Positions 31,900 to 41,669 of a DNA stretch of 64,000 nt are shown here, piece by piece. The notes under the pieces were generated by a model that saw nothing but the letters and a program-made list of their open reading frames with translations, had not been told where the DNA came from and searched no databases. How positions within the stretch are numbered: the stretch's first letter is position 1; every line of letters begins with the position of its first letter. The position numbers and the translations under genes are program-made. The DNA comes from an uncultured Alphaproteobacteria bacterium (GTDB lineage Bacteria; Pseudomonadota; Alphaproteobacteria; HIMB59; GCA-002718135). The stretch covers positions 5,891 to 69,890 of the forward strand of contig CACIBE010000008.1 of assembly GCA_902584805.1 (NCBI GenBank). The letters run 5' to 3'.

Positions 31900-32673
31900 T
31901 TAGTTTATTAATTTAATTATTTCATCATGAAGAGAGCTTGTACCGGAGGCAACCAAACTGCCATCTGAGTCTAGTGATATATCTTGTCCAAACTTATCCG
32001 TAATTACTCCACCAGCTCCTTCAATTACATTTACAAGAGCCATATAATCATGCACTTTTAATGTATCTTCTAAAACAATATCAATTAAACCTGAGGCTAA
32101 CATCCCATACATGTAACAATCACCACCAAGTCTATAATATCTTGATTTTTCTTTTAGTAATTCTAATCCTTTTCTCATTTGAGGTTCATCAAAATATAAT
32201 CCAGATGTAAAAAGATAGGCATCTTTAATTTGTTTAATTGGACTAGTTTGAACATCTTTTCCATTACATTTTGTCTTTTGATTTTTTACTCCTATCCATC
32301 GCTCATTGTGTGCTGGACAATTAATAATTCCTAAAACTGGTTTTTTGTTATGAAGTAATGCAATTAAATTACCAAAATCTTTATGTCCAGCTATATAACT
32401 TCTTGTTCCATCTATGGGATCTAATACCCATAAAAACTCAGAGTCTATTTTTTCATTTTCATACTCTTCACCCAAAATTCCATGATCAGGATATTCTTTT
32501 CTTATTCTCTCTCTTAATACTTGTTCTGTTTCTTTATCTGCTAAAGTTACAGGACTTTCATCGTCTTTAATTTCTATTTCAATTTTGTTTCTAAAATAAT
32601 GCATCGAAGTTTTAGATGCATCATTGGCTAAAGAGTTTGCAAATTTTGAAAACTCTTCTGTATCTAAGATCAT
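31900..32673 (-). CDS. inositol monophosphatase-family protein (possible histidinol-phosphatase HisN)
   Basis: 257 aa with the IMPase motifs ILGEE, WVLDPIDGT and GGDCY. Confidence 0.8.
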   Translation of the reverse strand: MILDTEEFSKFANSLANDASKTSMHYFRNKIEIEIKDDESPVTLADKETEQVLRERIRKEYPDHGILGEEYENEKIDSEFLWVLDPIDGTRSYIAGHKDFGNLIALLHNKKPVLGIINCPAHNERWIGVKNQKTKCNGKDVQTSPIKQIKDAYLFTSGLYFDEPQMRKGLELLKEKSRYYRLGGDCYMYGMLASGLIDIVLEDTLKVHDYMALVNVIEGAGGVITDKFGQDISLDSDGSLVASGTSSLHDEIIKLIN

Positions 32674-32681
32674 ACTTTAGT

Positions 32682-33227
32682 TTATGGAAGGGGTGCTGGA
32701 TTATCTGAGTGTTTTCTTAGGAAATAAACTAAGTCTGCTCTATCTTTTACTTTTTTCAAACCTGCAAAGTTCATTTTTGTACCTTTTATATATTTTTTTG
32801 GTTTATATAAAAATTCTGCTAATTCTTCATATCCCCATTCTCCACCGTATTCAGCTAAAGCTTTAGAGTATGCAAAACCTTCAACATTTGCTTTTGGTCT
32901 ATTTATAATGTTCCATAGGTGTGGACCTACTTTATTCGCACTACCTTTTTCATAATTATGGCACGTAGCACATTTTTTGAATAATTTTTCTCCATTATCT
33001 AAAGAAGCACTAGCTAATAACATTGAAATTGGCTCTATTACTTCTTCTTTTTTTTCCACTACTCCCAAGCCAGTAGAAACCTCAGGAACGTCTATTTTAT
33101 AAGCTGTTTCTTTTTTTTCATCATGATCAATATCAATGACTAAATCTCCAAAATGCCCGATAAGAGTAACAATTAAGACAGCTAATATAATAGATGCTAA
33201 AATTTTATTAACTTCAAGCCCAGACAT
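32682..33227 (-). CDS. membrane-anchored class I cytochrome c (CycM-like)
   Basis: Heme motif CATCH plus a distal Met region (TKMNFAGL), with an N-terminal TM anchor. I chose the start at MSGLEVNK (33227). The track ORF extends to 33359 and would overlap the divergent kdsB start. Confidence 0.8.
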   Translation of the reverse strand: MSGLEVNKILASIILAVLIVTLIGHFGDLVIDIDHDEKKETAYKIDVPEVSTGLGVVEKKEEVIEPISMLLASASLDNGEKLFKKCATCHNYEKGSANKVGPHLWNIINRPKANVEGFAYSKALAEYGGEWGYEELAEFLYKPKKYIKGTKMNFAGLKKVKDRADLVYFLRKHSDNPAPLP

Positions 33228-33318
33228 GTATAAGTACATATACAGATTTTTTAGAAGAAAGAATATATTTGTCGTAAGTATGAAATTTAAATTCTCTTGC
33301 CTAATTGTCGCATAAATT

Positions 33319-34053
33319 ATGAAAAATGTTGTAATTATACCTTCACGAATGGCTTCCACTAGACTACCGGGTAAACCATTAATGACTATAGATGGTATTC
33401 CAATGATACAACGGGTATGGCAACAAGCAATTGAGTCAAATATTGGAGAAGTGTTTGTTGCTTGTTCTGAGATTGAAGTTCATGATTTAATTATAAGTAA
33501 TGGTGGCAAAGCTATTATGACAGATCCAAATCTCCCATCTGGAACTGATAGAGTTCACTCGGCTTTTTTAAAGATAAAAAATAACAAAGACATTGATGTA
33601 ATAATCAATCTTCAAGGTGATATGCCTCTTATAAATCCAGAACATATTCTTAAAGTCATCGAACCAATAAAAAGAAATTTTACCATTGGCACACTTGCAA
33701 CAAACTTAAATGATAATGAATTGTATAATCCCAATGTAACAAAAGTTGAAGTTGATTTTAAAAAAAATGAAACAGCACAGGCGTTAAGTTTTTATAGAGA
33801 AGTTATGATAGAAAATAAAAACTTATTCCATCATGTTGGTATCTATAGTTATACTCCAGATTCAATAAATAGATTTATCAATCTACCTAAATCAAAAAAT
33901 GAAATAGATCTAAGTTTAGAACAAATGAGAGCTATGGATTCTAATATTCCAATTGGAGTTACCTATGTTCCTGAAGTTCCAATGAGTGTAGATACAAAAG
34001 AGGATTTAATAAATATTGAAACTAATATAAGAGAGCAAAATGATAAAAGTTGA
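33319..34053 (+). CDS. kdsB: 3-deoxy-manno-octulosonate cytidylyltransferase
   Basis: 244 aa with VIIPSRMASTRLPGKPL and NLQGDMPLI. Confidence 0.9.
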   Translation: MKNVVIIPSRMASTRLPGKPLMTIDGIPMIQRVWQQAIESNIGEVFVACSEIEVHDLIISNGGKAIMTDPNLPSGTDRVHSAFLKIKNNKDIDVIINLQGDMPLINPEHILKVIEPIKRNFTIGTLATNLNDNELYNPNVTKVEVDFKKNETAQALSFYREVMIENKNLFHHVGIYSYTPDSINRFINLPKSKNEIDLSLEQMRAMDSNIPIGVTYVPEVPMSVDTKEDLINIETNIREQNDKS

Positions 34054-34882
34054 TAGTTTTTCATTTCAAGGTGTAAATGGTGCTTATAGTGAACAAGCTG
34101 GAAAAAATTTTTTTCCAAACGCAACAAGTATACCGTGTGCAACTTTTGAAGATATGTTTGAACATGTTAGATCAGGAAAATCTGAAGCAGCAATGGTTCC
34201 AATAGAAAACTCTCTTGCAGGAAGAGTAGCGGATACTCAAAGGTTGATACCTGACTCTGATTTAAAAATAACTTATGAATATTTTCATGAAGTAAATCAT
34301 AACTTACTTGGAATTAGAGGTGCGAAAATCTCAGATATTAAAAGAATAAGAAGTCATGAACAGGGAATTGCCCAATGTCGAAACAAAATTTTAAAATTAG
34401 ATAAGCAAATGATTGTTGAAGCTGATACAGCTGGATCTGCTAAATTAATTTCAGAGTTAAATAATATTGAAGATGGGGCTATCGCATCTGAACTTGCTGC
34501 TAATATATATGATCTTGATATATTGGAAAAAAATTTCCAAGATACTCAAAATAATGTAACTCGATTTCTTGTTATGCAAAAAAATTTATTAGATATAAAT
34601 CCAGAAAGAATGGATATCCTTACAACATTAGTATTTACAGTTAGAAGTATTCCTGCAGTTTTGTACAAATGTCTTGGTGGGTTTGCTAGTAATGGTGTTA
34701 ATATAACTAAGCTTGAGAGTTACATTCACCCACAGGGTTTTGATGTTGCACAATTTTATATAGATTTTGAGGGACATCCTAAAAATACATCTGTAAAATT
34801 AGCATTAGAAGAGATGAAATTTTTTTGTAAGAAGATAGAAATCCTTGGAGTATATGAGAAATCTTCATTCAGGAAAAAATAG
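34040..34882 (+). CDS. pheA: prephenate dehydratase
   Basis: 280 aa. PDT domain (FQGVNGAYSEQA, TRFLV) plus a C-terminal ACT domain (ESYIHP). Confidence 0.85.
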   Translation: MIKVDSFSFQGVNGAYSEQAGKNFFPNATSIPCATFEDMFEHVRSGKSEAAMVPIENSLAGRVADTQRLIPDSDLKITYEYFHEVNHNLLGIRGAKISDIKRIRSHEQGIAQCRNKILKLDKQMIVEADTAGSAKLISELNNIEDGAIASELAANIYDLDILEKNFQDTQNNVTRFLVMQKNLLDINPERMDILTTLVFTVRSIPAVLYKCLGGFASNGVNITKLESYIHPQGFDVAQFYIDFEGHPKNTSVKLALEEMKFFCKKIEILGVYEKSSFRKK

Positions 34883-34931
34883 GTTTTTTTAAAAAGTCTA
34901 TTTATATTTTATTTACATTAATGTTATATTG

Positions 34932-35026
34932 CTACAGGGAGGATTGAGGGCAAATAAATTGCTAATCCAGTCAGATCTGAAAAGAAGCAGCTGTAACAAT
35001 CTTGTTTGGGTCTCAACTCCTTCCAT
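34932..35026 (+). ncRNA. ffs: signal recognition particle RNA (4.5S-type SRP RNA)
   Basis: The domain IV core CCAGTCAGATCT-GAAA-AGAAGCAGC matches E. coli 4.5S CCAGGUCAGGUCC-GGAA-GGAAGCAGCC. The terminal helix is GGGAGGA TTGAG / CTCAA(c)TCCTTCC. It sits in the conserved position just 5' of dnaX. Ends are approximate (+/-5 nt). Confidence 0.8.
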
Positions 35027-35034
35027 TAATTATA

Positions 35035-36723
35035 ATGACAGAAGAAAAAAAATACAAAGTTTTAGCTAGAAAATACAGACCACAAAAGTTTGAAGATTTA
35101 ATTGGTCAAGAATTATTAGTAAAAATTCTATCAAACGCTATTAATAATGACCGGCTAGCTCACGCATACATTCTAACAGGTGTCAGAGGTGTTGGAAAAA
35201 CTACCACTGCTAGACTTATAGCGATGAGTATTAATTGTAAGAATAGAGATAAAAAAAATTGTGAACCATGTGGAAATTGTGATTCATGCAAATCAACAAC
35301 TTCGGACAGTAATCTTGATGTTATTGAGATTGATGCAGCGTCTAATACTGGCGTTGATGACATTAGAGAAATAATTGACAATGTAAAATATAAACCTGTT
35401 ATCGGTGATTATAAAATATTTATAATTGATGAAGTTCATATGCTTTCAAAAAGTGCATTCAATGCACTGCTTAAAACTTTAGAAGAACCACCAGAACATG
35501 TTAAGTTTATTTTTGCCACAACAGAAATTAAAAAAGTACCAATAACTGTTTTATCGAGGTGTCAGAGATTTGATTTACATAGAATAGAAAATAAAATTTT
35601 ATCAGATCATTTATTAAAAATTTCCAAACTAGAAAATATTGATATTGATTTAGACGCTATTTCGTTAATTGTTAGATCGGCAGATGGATCTGTAAGAGAT
35701 GGTCTTAGTCTATTAGATCAGGCAATAACTACTCCAAATGAAAAAGTTGACTCGCAAACTGTAATAAGCATGCTGGGATTAGCTGATAGAGAAAAAATAT
35801 TTAACTTAATTGAAATTATTTTAGAAGGAGATGCCCTTGGTGCAATTAATAAGTATAAAGAGTTGTATGAGTTAGGGGCAGATATAGCAATGATATTTGA
35901 TGAACTATTAAACGTAGTACATTTCCTTGTTCAAATAAAAATAGCACCAGATTTAAAAGATGACATTTATATTCCTGAATTTGAAAGAAATAAAGGAGCT
36001 GAGTTGTCTTCAAAAATGACATTAAATAATCTGAATATTATCTGGCAAATTTTATTCAAAGGTTACCAAGAATTACAAAATAGCTCTCATTTATATCAAC
36101 ATGGAGAAATGATTATTTTAAGGATTATTTATTTACATGATGGTCCAAGCCCAGAAGATCTAATTAAAAAAATGGACAAAGAAGTAGTAAAAAAAGAACC
36201 CTTAGAAAAAAATCTTGAACTACAAAATAAATCTAATGAAAGTAACAAAGTTCTAAACTTTAATGAAAATAAAAAAGAAATTTCACCAAAAGAAAATGTA
36301 AATATAAAACATATTCAAGACTTCAGACATTTTGTCGATATGTTTTTTAAAAATAGAGAAGGATTACTTCACACTAAGTTATACAATGATGTGCAGTTAG
36401 TCTCTTTTAAAGAAGGAGAAGTTACACTAAACATATCTAAAATTAATGACACTGGCTTCAATAGAATTGTTGCGAAATTAATCTCTAAATGGACTGGAAG
36501 AATATGGCAGATACATTCATCTACAAGCAATCTTGGAAAAAGTTTGTATGATGAAGATATTATTAAACAACAAAAAGAAATTGAAATAATGAAAAATCAT
36601 CCAGAAGTAAAAAAAATATTAAAAGAATTTCCTGAAAGTAAAATTCACGCTATTACAGAACTAGGTGAAATAAATGATGATGACACAGATATAAATCAAC
36701 CAAAAATGAAAAAGGAGAAATAA
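35035..36723 (+). CDS. dnaX: DNA polymerase III subunit gamma/tau
   Basis: MTEEKKYKVLARKYRPQKF..., Walker A GVRGVGKTT, Zn module CEPCGNCDSC, and SRC (LSRCQRF). The start at ATG 35035 avoids overlap with the SRP RNA; the track start at 35002 lies inside ffs. Confidence 0.9.
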   Translation: MTEEKKYKVLARKYRPQKFEDLIGQELLVKILSNAINNDRLAHAYILTGVRGVGKTTTARLIAMSINCKNRDKKNCEPCGNCDSCKSTTSDSNLDVIEIDAASNTGVDDIREIIDNVKYKPVIGDYKIFIIDEVHMLSKSAFNALLKTLEEPPEHVKFIFATTEIKKVPITVLSRCQRFDLHRIENKILSDHLLKISKLENIDIDLDAISLIVRSADGSVRDGLSLLDQAITTPNEKVDSQTVISMLGLADREKIFNLIEIILEGDALGAINKYKELYELGADIAMIFDELLNVVHFLVQIKIAPDLKDDIYIPEFERNKGAELSSKMTLNNLNIIWQILFKGYQELQNSSHLYQHGEMIILRIIYLHDGPSPEDLIKKMDKEVVKKEPLEKNLELQNKSNESNKVLNFNENKKEISPKENVNIKHIQDFRHFVDMFFKNREGLLHTKLYNDVQLVSFKEGEVTLNISKINDTGFNRIVAKLISKWTGRIWQIHSSTSNLGKSLYDEDIIKQQKEIEIMKNHPEVKKILKEFPESKIHAITELGEINDDDTDINQPKMKKEK

Positions 36724-37046
36724 TGGTTAATTTAGGTAATATGATGAAACAAGCTCAACAGTTGCAAAAAAAAATGGCTGAAGCACAGAATAAATTAAAT
36801 GATATTGAAGTTGAGGGTACTTCTGGAGGAGGCCTTATTAAAGTAACAGCTACAGCAAAAGGTATATTTAAAAGAATTTCAATTGACGATAGCTTGATTA
36901 AACAAGATGAGAAAGAAATACTTGAAGATCTGATAGTCGCTGCAATAAATGATGCCAAAGAAAAAGGAGAAACCGCAGCCCAAGAAGAAATGAAAAATCT
37001 TACAGGTGGCCTACCATTACCTCCAGGAATGAAACTTCCTTTCTAA
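36723..37046 (+). CDS. ybaB: YbaB/EbfC-family nucleoid-associated protein
   Basis: 107 aa, MMKQAQQLQKKM...GGGLIKVT. Conserved dnaX-ybaB-recR order. Confidence 0.9.
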   Translation: MVNLGNMMKQAQQLQKKMAEAQNKLNDIEVEGTSGGGLIKVTATAKGIFKRISIDDSLIKQDEKEILEDLIVAAINDAKEKGETAAQEEMKNLTGGLPLPPGMKLPF

Positions 37047-37048
37047 AA

Positions 37049-37648
37049 ATGGAGCAATCCCCAATAGATAAATTAATAAATGATATTTCAAAACTTCCAG
37101 GATTAGGAAGAAGATCGGCGCAAAGAATTGCACTTTTTTTATTAAAAAATAAAGATAAAAATCTATCTCCTCTAATTGAGAGTTTAAACTTATCTTATAA
37201 TAAAATTATTGAGTGCTCAGAATGTGGAAATATAGATATGGTAAATCCATGTAATATTTGTGCAAATCCTAAAAGAGATAAAGCAACAATTTGTGTTGTT
37301 GAGGATGTTTCAGATTTGTGGACATTAGAAAAAGTAGGATTTTATCGTGGCCTCTATAATGTTTTAGGTGGTTCATTATCAGCGATTCAAGGTATAGGAA
37401 CTGATGAATTGAAAATAGAACATCTACTAAAGAGAATTGAAATAAATAATGTTAAAGAAATTATTCTTGCCTTAAGTACAACTATGGAAGGACAAACAAC
37501 CTCTTTTGTAATTGCAGATAAACTAGAAAAATTTAAAGATTTAAATGTAACAAGACTTGCACAAGGAATCCCTATGGGTGGAGAAGTACACTACTTAGAT
37601 GAAAACACATTAAATACAGCATTCCAATCTAGAAAAAAAATTACATAA
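37049..37648 (+). CDS. recR: recombination protein RecR
   Basis: 199 aa with an HhH (LPGLGRRSAQR), a C4 zinc finger (CSECGN...CNIC) and a Toprim domain. Confidence 0.95.
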   Translation: MEQSPIDKLINDISKLPGLGRRSAQRIALFLLKNKDKNLSPLIESLNLSYNKIIECSECGNIDMVNPCNICANPKRDKATICVVEDVSDLWTLEKVGFYRGLYNVLGGSLSAIQGIGTDELKIEHLLKRIEINNVKEIILALSTTMEGQTTSFVIADKLEKFKDLNVTRLAQGIPMGGEVHYLDENTLNTAFQSRKKIT

Positions 37649-37654
37649 ATAAAA

Positions 37655-38170
37655 ATGGATAAATTACTTTATGTTCCTAATCCACTATTACGCCAAAAAG
37701 CAAATAAAATTCAGTCTGTTGGAATTAAGGAAAAAGAAATTGCAAAAAAAATGATGCAAATTATGTTAAAAGCACCAGGTGTAGGTTTAGCAGCAAATCA
37801 AATTGGGATTCTACAACAAATTGTGACTATATTTTTTGTTGATCAAGGGACTAAAAAAGAAACTAAATATACATTATTTAACCCCGATATTGTTTCATAC
37901 TCTCAAGAAAAAATTGTTATGGAAGAGGGTTGTTTATCTCTTCCTGAACAATTTGCAGAAATAGAGAGACCTCAAAATATAGTAGTCCAGTACTTAGATG
38001 AAAATAACAAACAAATAACAAAAGAAGTGAGTGGATTAGAATCAAGAATTTTACAACATGAAATTGATCATCTTTCTGGAAAGTTATTTGTAGATTATCT
38101 TTCTTCATTAAAAAGGAATATAATGATCAAAAAAGTACAAAAATTTTTAAAAAATAAAAATAATGAATAA
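37655..38170 (+). CDS. def: peptide deformylase
   Basis: 171 aa with the motifs GVGLAANQ, EGCLS and HEIDH. Confidence 0.9.
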   Translation: MDKLLYVPNPLLRQKANKIQSVGIKEKEIAKKMMQIMLKAPGVGLAANQIGILQQIVTIFFVDQGTKKETKYTLFNPDIVSYSQEKIVMEEGCLSLPEQFAEIERPQNIVVQYLDENNKQITKEVSGLESRILQHEIDHLSGKLFVDYLSSLKRNIMIKKVQKFLKNKNNE

Positions 38171-39086
38171 TAAGAAAATAATTTTTATGGGTTCACCAAA
38201 AATAGCCTCTGACTATCTTGAGGCTTTAATTAAAAGTAATTTCATAATTTCCGCAGTATTTTCACAACCCCCAAAAAAGAAATCTAGAGGAATGAAAATA
38301 AATGAATCTGAAGTCCATCAACTTGCAAGTAAGAACAAAATTGAGGTTTTTTGTCCAAATACGTTTGATAAAGATACTATTGAGACAGTGAAAAAATTAA
38401 ATCCTGATTTAATTATTGTCATGGCATACGGTAAAATATTGCCAAAAGATATTTTAGATTTACCAACATTTGGTTGTATCAATATCCATGTCTCTTTGTT
38501 GCCTAGATGGAGGGGTGCAGCCCCAATAGAACATTCTTTAATGAATGGCGATAAAGAGACTGGTATATCAATAATACAGCTAATCGAAAAATTAGATGCT
38601 GGACCAATTATTAATCAAAAAAAAGTAGATATAGAAGATGATTGTAATAAAAATGAATTAAGTCAAAAATTAACAGAGGTTGGAATCAAATTATTAGTGG
38701 ACACTATTCCTCTTATATTTGATAAAAAAATTTCTTATTCTGATCAGGATGATAATTATGCAACATATGCAAATAAAATTTCTTCACTAAACAGAAAAAT
38801 TAATTTTAATAAATCTGTAAATGAAGTTTTAAATCTTATAAGAGCACATTCACCTAAACCTGGTGCTTGGTTTACTATGCAAAATGAAAGAATTAAGATC
38901 ATTAAAGCAAGAAAATCAAACTCTAACGGTAATGCATCGACAATTCTTAACGAGACATTTGATATTGGGTGCAATGATGGAAGTATTGAACCACTAATTT
39001 TACAAAGAGAAGGCAAAAATGCTATTTCTAAAGATGATTTTCTTCGGGGATATAGTTTTAAGGTTAATGAAGTAATAAATGCCTAA
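38163..39086 (+). CDS. fmt: methionyl-tRNA formyltransferase
   Basis: 307 aa with IFMGSP and NIHVSLLPRWRGAAPI. Confidence 0.9.
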   Translation: MNNKKIIFMGSPKIASDYLEALIKSNFIISAVFSQPPKKKSRGMKINESEVHQLASKNKIEVFCPNTFDKDTIETVKKLNPDLIIVMAYGKILPKDILDLPTFGCINIHVSLLPRWRGAAPIEHSLMNGDKETGISIIQLIEKLDAGPIINQKKVDIEDDCNKNELSQKLTEVGIKLLVDTIPLIFDKKISYSDQDDNYATYANKISSLNRKINFNKSVNEVLNLIRAHSPKPGAWFTMQNERIKIIKARKSNSNGNASTILNETFDIGCNDGSIEPLILQREGKNAISKDDFLRGYSFKVNEVINA

Positions 39087-39813
39087 CTACAAAATAACAT
39101 TAGAATATGATGGAACTAATTATGTTGGTTGGCAACGTCAAGAAAATGGTCCTTCCATTCAACAATTGGTTGAAGAGGCTATAGAAAAACTATCAAAACA
39201 AAAAATAACACTTTTTGGAGCTGGTCGAACAGATGCAGGCGTTCATGCAAGAGGACAAGTAGCTAATTTTGAATTAGAGCAACATTTTGATACTGATACT
39301 ATTAGAGATGGCATTAATCATTATCTAAGACCTCAACCCATATCTATTTTATATGCTGAAGAAGTAGATAAAGATTTTAATTCAAGATTTTCAGCAAAAT
39401 TGAGATGGTATGAATACAAGATCTTAAATAGAAGATCACCAATTACGTTAGAGCAAAACAAAGTTTGGTGTGTACATAAAAAAATAGATGCTGAAAAAAT
39501 AATAAAGCAATCACAACAATTTATAGGCAAATTTGATTTGTCTGCTTTTAGGTCAATAAATTGCCAATCGAAATCACCAATTAAATCTATTAATTCACTG
39601 GATATAAATTTTAATCATGATGAAATAAATTTTTTAATATCAGCTAAATCCTTTTTACATTCTCAAGTTAGAATCATGGTCGGTACACTGGTTGATATAG
39701 GACTTAGTAAAATAGAAAAATCTATTTCAGAAATTATTCAATCCAAAAAAAGAGAATATGCAGGAGTTACTGCGCCACCTGAAGGATTGTATTTATTGAA
39801 AATAGATTATTAA
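39079..39813 (+). CDS. truA: tRNA pseudouridine(38-40) synthase
   Basis: 244 aa with YDGTNYVGWQRQ and the catalytic GAGRTDAGVHA. Confidence 0.9.
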   Translation: MPNYKITLEYDGTNYVGWQRQENGPSIQQLVEEAIEKLSKQKITLFGAGRTDAGVHARGQVANFELEQHFDTDTIRDGINHYLRPQPISILYAEEVDKDFNSRFSAKLRWYEYKILNRRSPITLEQNKVWCVHKKIDAEKIIKQSQQFIGKFDLSAFRSINCQSKSPIKSINSLDINFNHDEINFLISAKSFLHSQVRIMVGTLVDIGLSKIEKSISEIIQSKKREYAGVTAPPEGLYLLKIDY

Positions 39814-40373
39814 TAAAAGCCAATTTCTGATAAACAAATATCTGCTTGAAAATCTTTAAATCCAGCAACTAGACCTAATGTCTTGATATTCTGACCAACT
39901 AATTTTTTAGGTTGATATGCATTTGATTTTTTAAATTCACTAAAGGGTGCTTTTATTACTGTCCACTCAGAATTAGTTTTAAAACTATACTTATAATATT
40001 GCCATGGAGCCATCGTCAGAGCGGTTCTTACATGAATTGAATACTCTTCATTATTACCAAACACTTTAAAATAAACACCCTCAAACTCTTCTGTTGATAT
40101 TGAAGGTTTTAATTGATTTCTTATTTGAATAAAGCCTCCGTTATTTTCAGTCGTGACATCTCCTGTCATATGATAACAATTAATATCATTAACTTTTGAT
40201 ATGATCGCTTTACCTTGCGACAACCCACCCATTACTCCATCAGTAAAAAAAGCCCAATTTTGACCTTGAGAAGAAATTCCAGGTGTTTCTAAGTTATCAA
40301 GTATCATTTTATTTTGAGATTGAAGATTGAATGAAAAAAATAAAATAAAAATAAAAATTATTAAACTTTTCAA
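39810..40373 (-). CDS. secreted CIA30-domain protein (complex I intermediate-associated protein 30-like)
   Basis: 187 aa with a signal peptide (MKSLIIFIFILFFSFNLQS). FTDGVMGGLSQG and NGGFIQIR are typical of the CIA30 fold family. Recognition is from memory. Confidence 0.55.
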   Translation of the reverse strand: MKSLIIFIFILFFSFNLQSQNKMILDNLETPGISSQGQNWAFFTDGVMGGLSQGKAIISKVNDINCYHMTGDVTTENNGGFIQIRNQLKPSISTEEFEGVYFKVFGNNEEYSIHVRTALTMAPWQYYKYSFKTNSEWTVIKAPFSEFKKSNAYQPKKLVGQNIKTLGLVAGFKDFQADICLSEIGFY

Positions 40374-40654
40374 TTTTTACGATTTTCTGCTAATTTTTTT
40401 TTAATAAGAGATAAACCTGTTTCAACTTTGGATTTATAGGATTCTTCAAAAGCCTTTAACTGCCAATCTGACAATCTAGATTTTAGTTCAGATAAATTAT
40501 TTTGTTTCCATTCATTTGAAGTATTTTCATCTTTCCAAATATCTTTCTCTTCATTAGTTCTTCCACAGCCATAGCAATACCCTGAGATTGGGTCAGTTTT
40601 ACATACGCTAATGCAAGGCGAGGTTACTTTGCTCTGTTCCATGATAATATACAT
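40370..40654 (-). CDS. DUF1289-family small Cys-motif protein (YdhL-like, putative Fe-S/metal binding)
   Basis: 94 aa. SPCISVCKTDPISGYCYGCGRTNEE matches the DUF1289 signature. 4-nt overlap with the CIA30 gene. Confidence 0.6.
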   Translation of the reverse strand: MYIIMEQSKVTSPCISVCKTDPISGYCYGCGRTNEEKDIWKDENTSNEWKQNNLSELKSRLSDWQLKAFEESYKSKVETGLSLIKKKLAENRKN

Positions 40655-40703
40655 ATATTTTTTTTTAGTTTATTCCATTAAAACGATGTAAAACTTTAAA
40701 ATT

Positions 40704-41669
40704 ATGACTGATTTTAGCTATTTAAATGTTGATAATGCTTATAAATTAATCAATCAAAAGGTAACAAAAACTCCTTTAGTAACTAATGATTATATAAATA
40801 ATCTTTTAGAAGCTGAAATTTATTTTAAACTTGAAAATTTACAAAATACTGGATCATTTAAACTACGGGGAGCTACACATAAAATTACAAAATTAATAGA
40901 AAATGTAAAAGACTCAGGTGTAGTTGCATATTCATCAGGAAATCATGCACAAGCTGTTGCTTATGCATCTATGATTAATAGCATTAGTGCAAAGATAATA
41001 ATGCCTAAAACTGCACCTCAAATAAAAATTGAAAACACAAAAAATTATGGAGCAGAAGTGATATTATATGACAGTTACTTTCAAAGTAGAGAAGAGATAG
41101 GAAATGAAATTCAAAAGAAGGATAATAGAGCTCTTATTAAACCCTATGATGATGAAGATATAATTGCTGGTCAAGGAACTGCAGCTATTGAAATTGCAAA
41201 TGATTTGAAAGAGCAATCAATTGAACCTGATCTTTATTTATGTTGTTGTGGAGGCGGTGGTCTTATTGCAGGAACATCAACATACTTAAAACATATCTAT
41301 CCAAATATAAGATCATATTCCGTGGAGCCTGATGAATTTGATGACACAAAAAGATCTTTAGAAGCTGGTAAACTTATAGAAAATAAAAAAAATGCTAAAT
41401 CTTTTTGTGACGCACTATTGGCACCACAACCTGGTAATATAACTTTTCAAATTAATTCAAATAATCTTGAAGGAGGACTAAGTGTTTCTGATGAAGAAGT
41501 AACAAAAACTATAATTTTGCTAGCTGAACAACTTAAAATAGTTGTGGAACCAGGTGGAGCAGTTGCAGCTGCAGCAGTATTAAATAATAAAATTGATGTT
41601 AAAAATAAAAAAATTATAGTTATGATTTCTGGTGGTAATATCGACCTAAGTCTATTTAATAAGTTATAA
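40704..41669 (+). CDS. PLP-dependent threonine/serine dehydratase-family enzyme (serine racemase / hydroxyaspartate dehydratase-like)
   Basis: 321 aa with PLP-Lys motif TGSFKLRGA, SSGNHAQA and GGGGLIAG. No ACT regulatory domain. Confidence 0.8.
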   Translation: MTDFSYLNVDNAYKLINQKVTKTPLVTNDYINNLLEAEIYFKLENLQNTGSFKLRGATHKITKLIENVKDSGVVAYSSGNHAQAVAYASMINSISAKIIMPKTAPQIKIENTKNYGAEVILYDSYFQSREEIGNEIQKKDNRALIKPYDDEDIIAGQGTAAIEIANDLKEQSIEPDLYLCCCGGGGLIAGTSTYLKHIYPNIRSYSVEPDEFDDTKRSLEAGKLIENKKNAKSFCDALLAPQPGNITFQINSNNLEGGLSVSDEEVTKTIILLAEQLKIVVEPGGAVAAAAVLNNKIDVKNKKIIVMISGGNIDLSLFNKL

